Shown here: piece by piece, positions 18,055-29,000 of the stretch
Numbering within the stretch: position 1 is the stretch's first letter
Layout of the letters: every line of letters begins with the position of its first letter
Assembly (NCBI GenBank): GCA_045615765.1
Contig: JAZLFM010000013.1
Location: forward strand, 29,043-93,042
Direction: 5' to 3'
Source of the DNA: Bacteroidales bacterium
Lineage (GTDB): Bacteria; Bacteroidota; Bacteroidia; Bacteroidales; UBA1715
Length of the DNA: 64,000 nucleotides
Notes under the pieces: generated by a model
Seen by the model: only the letters and a program-made list of their open reading frames with translations
Database searches by the model: none
What the model was told of the DNA's origin: nothing
Position numbers and translations under genes: made by a program

Positions 18055-18129
18055 GGCTTTGTAGTTCAATGGATAGAATAGTAGTTTCCGGAACTAGTGA
18101 TTAGGGTTCGATTCCCTACAAAGCTACCA
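18055..18129 (+). tRNA. tRNA-Arg (anticodon CCG), CCA encoded
   Basis: Hand-folded cloverleaf. Acceptor GGCTTTG/CAAAGCT. D arm GTTC-AATGGATA-GAAT. Anticodon arm GTAGT-TTCCGGA-ACTAG (anticodon CCG at 18088-18090). Variable loop is 4 nt. T arm TAGGG-TTCGATT-CCCTA. Discriminator A, then CCA. Irregularities are a G1-U72 wobble and a G27/G43 mismatch. Confidence 0.8.
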
Positions 18130-18147
18130 AATAGAGAGTTAAATACT

Positions 18148-18924
18148 ATGCGTACGAATCATAAAATTACCATAAATCATTCAAAATGTGTCGGTTGTGG
18201 TTTATGCGCTAAAGATTGTCCTGACAAAAATATCATTTTAGAAAATTCTAAAGCGTACCATAAACAGGATAACTGTCTAATGTGTACTCATTGTTTGGCA
18301 ATTTGTCCGGAAAATGCAGTTGCAGTTTCCGGTTTCGATGATGTTCCAGAAGAATTGTCCGGTTTCCCTCAAGTAAATGGACAATCTCTGTTGCAGTTAA
18401 TTAAAGGTCGTCGTTCAGTTCGTCAGTTTACACAAGAAAAGGTTTCTGAAGATTTCTTACAAAAAATTCTACAGGCAGGTCAATATACTCCAAGTGCAAG
18501 TAACGAACAGGATGTTTCTTATGTGGTTATTCGTGATAATCTTGCAGAATATGAGCAGTTGGCATTATATGCCTTGCAAATGGGTAAGCCGGTAGTTGAT
18601 GTGTTTTCAGAACGATTGAAAAATTCAGAAATAGACGATCATTTTTTCTTTAAAGGAGCTCCTTTGGTTATTGTTGTAAAGGCAGTGTCGGTAGTTGATG
18701 GTGCGTTAGCGGCAGCTTCAATGGAACTAACTGCAAATGCCCTTGGACTTGGAGTGTTTTATAGTGGTTATTTTTCTATTGTTTCTCGCTTTTCTTCTAA
18801 ATTGAAACAGAAACTAGGATTAAAGAATAACGAGCGAGTTGTTGCAACTTTAGTGATAGGACATTCGGCAGTACATTATCAAAGAACGGCATTAAAAGAA
18901 ACGCCAGAAGTAATATATGATTAG
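18148..18924 (+). CDS. Nitroreductase-family protein with an N-terminal 2x[4Fe-4S] ferredoxin domain
   Basis: The track ORF begins at 18097 inside the tRNA. I use ATG 18148 (MRTNHKITINHSK). Two cluster motifs are present: CVGCGLCAKDCP and CLMCTHCLAICP. A nitroreductase core follows (RRSVRQFT...PSASNEQ). Confidence 0.8.
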   Translation: MRTNHKITINHSKCVGCGLCAKDCPDKNIILENSKAYHKQDNCLMCTHCLAICPENAVAVSGFDDVPEELSGFPQVNGQSLLQLIKGRRSVRQFTQEKVSEDFLQKILQAGQYTPSASNEQDVSYVVIRDNLAEYEQLALYALQMGKPVVDVFSERLKNSEIDDHFFFKGAPLVIVVKAVSVVDGALAAASMELTANALGLGVFYSGYFSIVSRFSSKLKQKLGLKNNERVVATLVIGHSAVHYQRTALKETPEVIYD

Positions 18925-18927
18925 TGT

Positions 18928-19905
18928 ATGAGCAGAGTTGTTGGTTCTATAGTAGTTTCTCTATTATTTTTCGTCTCGTTAGCCGTAGGTCAGAATGTTG
19001 TGTACGATACGCCTAGAAATGGAGAAGGTGTTGATGGTTTTTTATTGAGAAATGGCTGTAATACAACAACAGATAAACAGACATTTTATGATTTGAATCC
19101 TAATAAATTCGGAAAAAATCATTCATTGCTTTCAGGTATTAAATATAAACTTCCGCCAAAAGAACAGTTTGTAAAGGAACCATTGTTGGGTGCGAAGGAA
19201 CAAAATGTGAAAATAGTTTCTCAAGACCTGAAAGGGGCTGTATATTATTTAGTCAGCGGACATGGAGGTCCAGATCCAGGAGCTGTTGGTAAATATAATG
19301 GTCATGATTTGTATGAAGATGAATATGCGTATGACATAATGTTGCGTTTGGCTCGTCATTTATTGTCAATGGGTGCGACGGTGCATATAATTATTCAAGA
19401 TGCTGACGATGGCATTCGTGATGATCCCTATTTGAAGCACGACACGCATGAAACCTGTAATGGACAAACGATTCCACTTGATCAAACGAAACGCTTACAA
19501 CAACGATGTGCAGTGATAAATACTTTTTACAGGAAAGAAAAAGATAAGTATGCTCGTGCTGTGTTTATGCACCTTGATAGTCGTAGTACTAGTGAACGTA
19601 TAGATGTTTTTTTCTATCATTGTTTAGGTAGCACAAAAGGTGAACGTTTGGCAAAAACTCTTTGCGATAAATTTGATGCAAAATATAAGGAATATCAACC
19701 TACACGAGGATTTAAGGGAACGGTAAGTGACCGAAATTTATATGTATTAAAGGTTGCTACACCACCTGCAGTTTTTTTGGAATTAGGAAATATCCAGAAT
19801 AGTAAAGATTTGGAACGATTTAACCGTGTAAGTAATCGTGAAGCTGTTGCAAAATGGATTGCTGAGGGTTTGGTTGACGATTACAAAAAAGAAAAGAAAA
19901 AATAA
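18928..19905 (+). CDS. N-acetylmuramoyl-L-alanine amidase (Amidase_3 family), secreted
   Basis: Signal peptide, then the catalytic-core motif SGHGGPDPGAVG with downstream EDEYAYD and ELGN motifs typical of AmiC-type amidases. It starts 4 nt after the upstream stop. Confidence 0.75.
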   Translation: MSRVVGSIVVSLLFFVSLAVGQNVVYDTPRNGEGVDGFLLRNGCNTTTDKQTFYDLNPNKFGKNHSLLSGIKYKLPPKEQFVKEPLLGAKEQNVKIVSQDLKGAVYYLVSGHGGPDPGAVGKYNGHDLYEDEYAYDIMLRLARHLLSMGATVHIIIQDADDGIRDDPYLKHDTHETCNGQTIPLDQTKRLQQRCAVINTFYRKEKDKYARAVFMHLDSRSTSERIDVFFYHCLGSTKGERLAKTLCDKFDAKYKEYQPTRGFKGTVSDRNLYVLKVATPPAVFLELGNIQNSKDLERFNRVSNREAVAKWIAEGLVDDYKKEKKK

Positions 19906-19907
19906 GT

Positions 19908-21704
19908 ATGGAATTGCCTACATCGAAAAAAGAACTGGAACGACTTGGGTGGGACTATGTCGATGTAATTATGATTACCGGCGATGCCTACATAGATCAT
20001 CCTTCGTTTGGTACAGCCATTATTTCCAGAGTATTGGAACATCATGGGCTTCGGGTTGCTGTCGTCCCTCAGCCAAACTGGCGAGATGATTTACGTGATT
20101 TCAAGAAACTGGGAAAACCTCGTCTGTTTTTTGGTGTAAATGCTGGAAGTATGGATTCTATGGTAAATCATTATACTTCGACGAAAAGACTTCGTTCAAA
20201 TGATGCATATACTCCTGGAGGATTAGCAGGGCAAAGACCTGATTATGCAGTAACTGTTTATTCTAATATCTTAAAAAAACTGTTCCCCGATGTACCTGTT
20301 GTTATTGGAGGAATTGAAGCCTCACTTCGCCGCTTCTCCCACTATGATTATTGGTCGGATTCGTACAAGAAATCAGTACTTATTGATAGTAAGGCTGATT
20401 TATTGATATATGGAATGGGTGAAAAACCAATAATAGATATTGCAGATGCTTTTTTAGCTGGAAAATCTGTAGAAGAAATAACAGAAATCCCACAAACGGT
20501 TTATGTTACAAATACTTTGAAAAATTGTGCGACGAAACCAATAGAATTGTATTCGTATGAAGATTGTTTGCGAGATAAGATATTGGATGCGAAGAATTTT
20601 CGCATAATCGAAGAACAATCGAATGTCTGGAAAGCTGAAAAGATAGCTCAAAGATTTGGAAATCAATATATTGTTGTAAATGAACCGAATCCTACTATAT
20701 CAACAGAGGATTTGGATGCGATATATGCGTTGCCATATACTCGTTTGCCGCATTCAAGATATGATAAAAAGCCACCGATTCCTGCATTTGATATGATAAA
20801 GGATTCGGTTACGATTCATAGAGGTTGTTTTGGCGCTTGTAGTTTCTGTACAATCTCGGCACATCAAGGAAAGTTTATCGCAAGTAGAAGTGAAAAGTCA
20901 ATTTTACGGGAATTGAATGAAATAGCTCAGGCAAAGACATTTAAAGGACATATTACAGATTTAGGTGCGCCTTCGGCAAATATGTACGGAATGCATGGAC
21001 GTAACCAGGAATTATGTCATAAATGTCGTCGTGCTTCATGCTTGTTTCCACAGAAGTGTAGAAATTTAAATGACAGCCATGTTCGTTTAACAAAATTGTA
21101 TGAAAAAACTGAGCAAATTCCTAACATTAAGCATATTACAATAGGTAGTGGTATTCGATATGATCTTTTGCAAGGAGCAGAAGGAGAAAAAGAATATACA
21201 GCACAATTAGTAAAAAAACATGTATCGGGTCGTTTGAAAGTTGCTCCGGAACATACTGAAGATTCAGTTTTGAAATTGATGCGAAAGCCATCGTTTACGC
21301 TTTTTGAAAAATTTAAGCATACATTCGACGAGTTAAACAAAAAGTTTGGATTAAAACAGCAGATTATTCCGTATTTTATCTCATCGCATCCAGGTTGTAG
21401 TGCTCAGGATATGAAACAGTTAGAGCAAAAATTACGTATGCTTAAAGTTATGCCTGAACAAGTTCAAGATTTTACGCCAACACCTATGACATTGTCAACC
21501 GTGATGTACTATACAGGTGTGAATCCATATACATTAGAACCTATATTTTCTGCAAAATCTAAGGACGAGAAAGACAAGCAAAAATCTTATTTCTTTTGGT
21601 ATAAGCCGAAAGGAACAATGGGAAATAATGCCAAAAGACCAACAAATGTAAAAACTCGAAATTCTAAATTCAAGGATTTTTCAAAGAATAATCATAGAAG
21701 ATGA
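19908..21704 (+). CDS. YgiQ-family (UPF0313) radical SAM protein
   Basis: 598 aa. The N-terminus (GWDYVDVIMITGDAYIDHPSFG) is characteristic of YgiQ. The radical-SAM cluster motif is CFGACSFC. A basic C-terminal tail is present. Confidence 0.85.
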   Translation: MELPTSKKELERLGWDYVDVIMITGDAYIDHPSFGTAIISRVLEHHGLRVAVVPQPNWRDDLRDFKKLGKPRLFFGVNAGSMDSMVNHYTSTKRLRSNDAYTPGGLAGQRPDYAVTVYSNILKKLFPDVPVVIGGIEASLRRFSHYDYWSDSYKKSVLIDSKADLLIYGMGEKPIIDIADAFLAGKSVEEITEIPQTVYVTNTLKNCATKPIELYSYEDCLRDKILDAKNFRIIEEQSNVWKAEKIAQRFGNQYIVVNEPNPTISTEDLDAIYALPYTRLPHSRYDKKPPIPAFDMIKDSVTIHRGCFGACSFCTISAHQGKFIASRSEKSILRELNEIAQAKTFKGHITDLGAPSANMYGMHGRNQELCHKCRRASCLFPQKCRNLNDSHVRLTKLYEKTEQIPNIKHITIGSGIRYDLLQGAEGEKEYTAQLVKKHVSGRLKVAPEHTEDSVLKLMRKPSFTLFEKFKHTFDELNKKFGLKQQIIPYFISSHPGCSAQDMKQLEQKLRMLKVMPEQVQDFTPTPMTLSTVMYYTGVNPYTLEPIFSAKSKDEKDKQKSYFFWYKPKGTMGNNAKRPTNVKTRNSKFKDFSKNNHRR

Positions 21705-22225
21705 ACGAAGAATTTGCTCCACAAAATATACTGAATTATTGTCCGCGATGTGGTAAACCACATTTTAATGCGTATGGTACAAAAGCCTGCAAATGTGAAG
21801 ATTGTGGATTTGTGTTCTATTTCAATGCTGCTACAGCGGTCGCTGTTATTTTGCGAGATTCAGAGAATCGTGTGTTGTTAACTCGAAGAGCATTTGATCC
21901 TGGAAAAGGTACTTTTGATTTGCCTGGTGGTTTTGTCGATCCATTGGAAACGGCTGAGAATGCAGTTGATAGAGAAATACAAGAAGAATTACATCTGCAG
22001 ATTGTTGAAAAACAATATTTAGGTTCATTTCCTAATACGTATCTATACGGGGGAATAATATACTATACTTGCGATTTGGTGTTTGAATGCAAAGTTGCAA
22101 CCTTCGAGGGCATTTCTGCAACCGATGATGTGTCTTCGTTCGAATTCTTACATGTTACCGATGAAGTAATACAGCAAGTTGGTTCGCAGTCGATAAAAAA
22201 TATATTACGGAAGTTTTGTTTGTGA
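21701..22225 (+). CDS. Nudix hydrolase with an N-terminal zinc ribbon
   Basis: ATGA overlap with the upstream gene. Zinc ribbon CPRCG...CKCEDCG. Nudix box GGFVDPLETAENAVDREIQEELHL. Confidence 0.85.
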   Translation: MNEEFAPQNILNYCPRCGKPHFNAYGTKACKCEDCGFVFYFNAATAVAVILRDSENRVLLTRRAFDPGKGTFDLPGGFVDPLETAENAVDREIQEELHLQIVEKQYLGSFPNTYLYGGIIYYTCDLVFECKVATFEGISATDDVSSFEFLHVTDEVIQQVGSQSIKNILRKFCL

Positions 22226-22954
22226 TTATTTTTTCAATTCGAAGTTTTCACCTAAATAAACTCGACGTACATCAGGATCGTCGGCTAATTGTTGCGCTGT
22301 TCCTGATTTAAAAATAGTTCCTTCGAAAAGAATATTTGCATTGTCGGTTATGGACAATGTTTCGTCAACATTATGGTCGGTAATAAGAATGCCGATATTT
22401 CTATCTTTTAATTCGCGCACAATACGCTGAATTTCTTCAACCGCGATAGGGTCAACGCCGGCAAAAGGTTCATCAAGAAGAATAAATTTAGGATCGCTAG
22501 CCAAAGCACGTGCAATTTCTGTTCTTCTTCGTTCGCCACCCGATAATTGAATACCAAGATTTTTTCGGATATGAAGAAGGTTGAAGTCAGTTAGTAATTC
22601 CTCGCGTTTGTCTTTTTGTTCCTGTTTTGAAAGATTTGTCATTTCTAGTATGGACATAATGTTGTCTTCAACAGAAAGAGTACGAAATACTGATGCTTCT
22701 TGAGCCAAATAACCGATTCCGTAACGTGCACGTTTATATACAGGTTCCAATGTAATATCTTGGTCGTCAAGAAGAATCTTTCCTCCGTCAGGATTAATCA
22801 ATCCCATAACCATATAGAATGATGTCGTTTTTCCTGCGCCATTAGGACCTAATAAACCAACAATTTCTCCTTGTTTTACACTGAATGAAACACTCTGTAC
22901 TACGGTACGATTACCGTATCTTTTCATAAGATTTTCAGTTCGTAGAATAGACAT
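22226..22954 (-). CDS. lptB: LPS export ABC transporter ATP-binding protein LptB
   Basis: 242 aa with Walker [10 protein letters not shown], signature LSGGERRR and Walker [12 protein letters not shown]. Length and C-terminus ([10 protein letters not shown]) are typical of LptB. Confidence 0.85.
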   Translation of the reverse strand: MSILRTENLMKRYGNRTVVQSVSFSVKQGEIVGLLGPNGAGKTTSFYMVMGLINPDGGKILLDDQDITLEPVYKRARYGIGYLAQEASVFRTLSVEDNIMSILEMTNLSKQEQKDKREELLTDFNLLHIRKNLGIQLSGGERRRTEIARALASDPKFILLDEPFAGVDPIAVEEIQRIVRELKDRNIGILITDHNVDETLSITDNANILFEGTIFKSGTAQQLADDPDVRRVYLGENFELKK

Positions 22955-23071
22955 CTTTCAAGAATTATGTGCCGAAATTAGAGAATTTTTCCGAAAAACG
23001 CAGCGAATTGGGTAAAATGTGTTGAAAAAATATTTACTTTGCGAATAAGTATGTTGCGGATGTTATAATTT

Positions 23072-26000
23072 ATGAATTTCATTTTGCATAAACTTTATAC
23101 GCTTTGTTTTATTTTGTGTTTGGCATTAGGCGCCCAAGCGCAAAGTTTATATTCTATAGTCCCGAAAGATCCGACTTGTCCAGATCCTTCGAATGGTTCA
23201 ATTACTTTCACTGTTGAGAATAATGAATCTTCGTCGGAGACATATAGTTTTGTGATAATCAGTGTATTCGAAAGCAATAAGACAATCTTGAATAAAACTG
23301 TGACGGTAGATTCGCACCAGTCTTTTACTTTTGTTGCGGATAACCTTGATTATCAATATGTAGATCTTATAAGTGGTGAAGTAAAGACTGAAATTCAATA
23401 CATCGCGTATATCTCAAACGGAACCAAGACCTTAACGATTGAGCCGAACATAAACTTTAAAAAACCAGAATATTCTGCAAATACATCTATGTTACGTGGA
23501 TCTGGTTGTGAGGATCAGGCGATAGGGAAAGCATCGGTAGAATTCAATTTGGGTGTTCCACCATATCAATGGGATTGGCATAAAATAGGTGATGCTTCGT
23601 ATCCACTTCATTTAAATAGTGAACAAGTTACTGATTTAGATGCGGGGAAATATTTTGTAACTGTTACCGATTTTGCTGGTTGTAAAATAAATTCCGACAC
23701 TGTTGAAATAAAACCGATAGACATTGAAGTGTCTGCTGCGGTCGTAAAGAATATTATCTGTAAAGATGAGAAGCAAGGAGTTGCATCAGCATCAATTGTA
23801 AATGCCTATAAAGATAAGTGTACAATTACTTGGATAGGAAGTAAGAAGAAAGTGATTGCTTGTGATGCCGATGGAAACGCCTCTGATGTAAATGAAACTT
23901 TGCCTGCAGGAGATGTTTATGTTGCTGTTGAAGATGAAATCGGTTGTCGTGATACAACTAAGGTTGTAATTACACAACCAGAAACAAAAATAGAATTGTC
24001 GGAAACGCATACTGATTTGTTATGTAAGGATATACCAACGGGAACAATCAGTTGTAGCACAGTTAATGCTGTAGGCACTGTTACATATACTTGGAGTGAT
24101 GATGCAACAGCGCATGATGCAAATAGAAATTCTTTAGCCGCTGATGTTCCATATACGGTTATTGCAACAGATGAAAATGGTTGCGCTGATACGACCGAGG
24201 TTACATTGTCTCAACCTAGTACAAAAGTGGAAATAACGAATCCTCCAACAGGAACAGAACCAAGTTGTTTTGGATATTCTGATGGTAAAATAGCATTAGA
24301 AGTGACAGGTGGTGATCTTGGGGTGTACACATACTATTGGAATTCTGTTTTAGGAACAGATGTCGCAGAAAATGTTGCTGCTGGTCATTACGTAATAGTT
24401 GCTCAAGATGCAAATGGCTGTAGTGACACTGTAGAATATGATTTAACAGAACCTCCTTCTATGGAACCTAAAATGTATATTGATGGCATTGAAGGTGCGA
24501 CAAAAATATTGCAGTGTAATGGAACGAAGGCTGATTTAGAAATACAAACAAATGATTTGTATTCTCCCAAAACATATAATTGGGGTGATGGTGTATGGAG
24601 TAGTGTTACAACAAAAAAAGATGCTTCACCAGGGAATTACGAGATAACGATAAAGGCTTCAAATGGTTGTGAAGAGAAAGTTAGCGCAGCATTGATTGAA
24701 CCAGAAAAATTAAATGTCGTAATTACAGAAGAAACGCCAATTCTTTGTAATGGAAGCAAAGGTTCTTTACGAGTTGATGTAATTGGTGGCAGTGGAACAT
24801 ATACTTATGCTTGGTCTAATGGTTCTACTAAGCAAACATCGGGAGATGTTATAGAGGGAGAATATACAGTAGTGATTACTGATAGTTATGGTTGTTCTAC
24901 AACTGCAAGTCATACGTTGACACAACCTGAGTCATTAAATATGAGAATAAAACTCTCTCCAGAGACTTGTAAAAAAGCAAGTTTAGGAGATTTGTCCGCA
25001 GAAATAGATGGAGGAACGGGAAGTTACACATATCAATGGCAGAAAAAGGCATCAGGTAAAGGGAGTTGGACTACGATAGGATCAAGTGTAACCATATCTT
25101 CTTTAGATGCCGGTTCAATGTATAAATTGATACTTTCCGATGAAAATGGTTGTAGTGCAAAGGATTCTGTTGATTTATCATTGATTGAGGACTATAATAT
25201 TTACTCGTATTTAAAGTCTTCAGTTTCATGTCCTGTTACTATTGATAATCTTGCGACAGAAAAAAGTACAAATGACGGTGAATTGTGGTTCCGTATAATA
25301 TCAGGGTTTAGTCCATTTGATGTAACAGTTACCTCAGAATCCAAAAATGTGAAATTTGAAAATATAAATGATGGAGTCGATACTGGGAAATATTGGAATT
25401 CGTCAGCTTCATATAATGGTACCTTACCAGTTTCTGAGATTGCACAGGTTAGTGTTGATAGCGTTCCTGTAGGAATCTATATTGTGAATGTTGTAGATTA
25501 TCGTGGTTGTGAACGTGCGGATACAATCGAGATGGAGCATAATACTCCAATGACTATAAATCTGCTGGATAAGACATTTGCTTCATGTACGCTTGCAGAT
25601 GGTAGTGCGCAAATTTCGGTTTCTGGTGGAAAGGCGTATTCTAAAAAAGGAAAGAAATATTATCTTTATGAGTGGGAAGATGGAGAAACAACAGCTTTGG
25701 CTACTAACCTTGCTTTGGGAAATCATATAGTTAAAGTTTCTGATGCTCGTGGATGTATTGCTCGTGATACGATCACTATAGATTCTAAATCCGCATTGCG
25801 TGTAAAAGCCCTTGCAGATGATGCTGTTATTCATTGTGAAAATGGAAAAACGGGAAAAGCATCTGCAAATGTATATTACGAAAATGGCGATACACATTCA
25901 TATTCGTTTTCTTGGTCTAATGGTAATTATAATGCCTCGACAGGGATTGTAACTGATTTGCCTAAGGGAACACATGTCGTAACGGTTACAGATGATGAAG

Positions 26001-29000
26001 GTTGCGTTCAAAAGGATTCGGTAACTTTTACAGAAGGAGAATTCTTGCAGATTGCAAGTTCCACAAAAAAAGATGTTTTATGTAAAGGCGATAATTCTGG
26101 ACAAATTGTTCTCACTTCTGTAGAAGGTGGACAAAAACCATATTCTTATTCATGGAATAATGGTGCTTCATCGGCTATTGTTTCGGATTTGTCTGCTGGC
26201 ACATATTCAGTTACAGTTACTGATGCAAGTGGATGTGAAGATAACGCTACAGTTATTATAGATGAACCAACATCCCAATTAGAAGTTTCGTTAACTGCTA
26301 CAACAGATGAAATTTGTCCGGGGAATGGAGATGGTACAGCTTCGGTTTCTGTTGTAGGAGGTACGGGAGCATATACAATATTGTGGGATGATGTTCCTTC
26401 GATAAATACAATGGTTGACAATCTTTTATTTGGATCTCATACAGTTGCAGCAATAGATGAAAATGGGTGTGCAACTGCACCATTGTCATTTGTAATAAAT
26501 AAGAAAGCTGATATGTTACGTGTTGCTTCTTCAATAGTAACAGCACCAAAATGTGGTGAATTAGTTGGTGCAATTTCTGTTACACCTGCAGGCTCGGCAA
26601 CTGGAAGCTATGAATATACTTGGAAAGAGAATGGGGTTACAATGGCGCAAACAACTTCATCAATCTCAGGATTGAGAGTTGGTTCATATCGTTTAACTAT
26701 TTCTGATGGTGTTTGTTTGTATGACACGACATTCGTCTTAGCACCAGAAGATGGAGACGATGCTGTTGGTACAATAACATATTTAGAATCGACATGTGAA
26801 GGGGATTCATATTCTATTGCTATCTCTAATGCTTCTACAGCAGAATATACTTCGTATGAATGGAGAAATCAATCAGGTACCGTTGTTTCGACAACAGCAA
26901 ATGCTTCTGGACTTACAACAGGAACATATTCAGTTTCTGCTGTAGATAAGACAGGTTGTACATTTATAGGCTCTTATCCAATTACTCAAAAAGAATTGTC
27001 TGTAGAGGCACAGGCACAAAATGCTATCTGTAATGGTAGCAATGATGGAGTTCTTACAGCTGTTCCTAATGAAAACTTTTTAGGAACTATAACATATACT
27101 TGGTATGATGAATCTAATCAAATAATAGGTACTGGTAAAACAATTTCAGATGTTGTCTTAGGTACATATTTTGTACAAGCATACGATGCAAATCATATGG
27201 CGTGTCCAGTAAAATCAACATCGGTAAAGATTTCGGAACCAGATGCGCTGGTCGCTGTTGCTACGGTGGTTTCACCATCATATTGTAAGTTAAAAAATAG
27301 TGAAGTTGCTGTCGAGGTTGTGAATGGTATAGCTCCATTTACATATAGTTGGAGAACTTTGTCTGATGGTGTCGTACAACAAAAGGAAACTGTTTCAGGT
27401 AGAAAGAATTCATTTTTGACAGCATGGAGTGACGAAACATTTGTTGTCGATATTACCGACAATAGTGGCTGTATTACTTCTGCTCAGGTTCAACCTACAG
27501 ATATTTCTGATTTTTCTGTGTATGGTTTTCAAAAAGAGCCAGTTCATTGTATAGGTGATGCTACTGCTGAATTACAGGTGATATCAGTAAATGGTTATGA
27601 ACCCTTTACATATTCTTGGTCGCACAATGCTGGCTTAAATAGTGCAATAGCTACATCTTTGTCTGCAGGAACTTATTCGGTATCAGTAACAGATTCAAAA
27701 GGTTGTAAGACTTCATATACATTTGATGCGGTGAAAGATGCTGAATCGTTAAAAATTGAATTTACAGAAACACCAGAAATTATTTGTAATGGAAGTGTCG
27801 GAAATATTTTTGCTCGTGTTGTAGATGGAGCGAATGGCCCATATTCATATCAGTGGTTTACAAGTACTAATGAACCTCTTTCAAGTACACAAGAACTTGT
27901 TGATGTGAAAGCAGGTGAATACAAAGTTCAGGCAACAGATAAATATGGATGTACGAGTGATATAGTTTCACACACAATAAAAGAACCTGAATCGTTGTTC
28001 TCGAAATTTACAGTGAAGATTACAGAATGTGGTGAAAATGCAAATACAGGCTCTATATCCATAGATACAATCTATGGTGGTTTGACAGATTCTGATTATC
28101 GGTTCCGTTGGACTATTGACGGTGTTGAAGGAGAATGGATGGACTGGAATGCTAATATTCCTCAGACCTTATCAGATTTGCCAGCAGGTACGTTTGTATG
28201 TACTATCACGAATGCTACTGATTATGAGAGTTGTTTTATTTCGGATACGATGACGACAAATCCGGTCATGCCAATGTCTATCATCACTAACACAAAAGAT
28301 ACTCATTGTAGTTATTATAAAAGCGAAGACACGAATCTTCTTGACGGAAGTATTGAAATAACGAGCTTGAAGGAATCTCAAGGTGATTATACAAATCTTG
28401 TTGATGCGAATCTTTCTGATTATACATTTGCTTGGAATGATAAGGAAAAACAAACTGGAACACTTGCCTCGCATTTGGGTATGGATTCCTATACTGTTAC
28501 TGTAACAGGAAATAATGGTTGTTCAAAAACATTTGATGCAGGAACAATTGGCTCATTGGTTAGTCTTAATGGAAAAATTGTTACAACAGACAACTCTATT
28601 GAAAATCGTACTTTGATTTGTTTGGAAGATTCAATTTCCTTATCGGCAGTAACAGATATTACTATCGCTTCTGGTTATGTTCCTACAGATGAGACAAAAA
28701 CATTTGACTGGAATTCGTTAGAATATAATAAGCTTGCAACAATAAGAAATCCGTATTCTGCGACAACGGTTGTAAACCCTAACACAGAATATTATAGTGA
28801 TAGTACACTTATTTCAATGTCATACACATACGATGGTTGTACATCAAAACCTGTTTATTTTTCTATTGCTCATTATGACTCTGTAGCATTTGCATTAGAA
28901 GTATATGATTCTCTTGGTGTGTATTTAGGTGAGGATTCGCTTTCTGTTCCGAAAGACTTGCATTATTTGATAAATCCAAAAGATGAGCCTTGGTTTATAA

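Noticed and set aside
18097-18147. Upstream extension of the nitroreductase ORF
   Set aside because: It begins inside the tRNA-Arg gene. The conserved protein starts at ATG 18148.
19838-20089. 83-aa ORF overlapping the amidase/YgiQ junction, and the 64-aa ORF at 30357..30551
   Set aside because: Both are out-of-frame overlaps of well-supported genes and have no independent signals.
23040-23060. Promoter -7 box for the SprB-like gene (TTTACTTTGCG)
   Set aside because: It is only a near match (TAnTTTG, with the spacing one nucleotide short of TAnnTTTG), so it is not listed as a feature.
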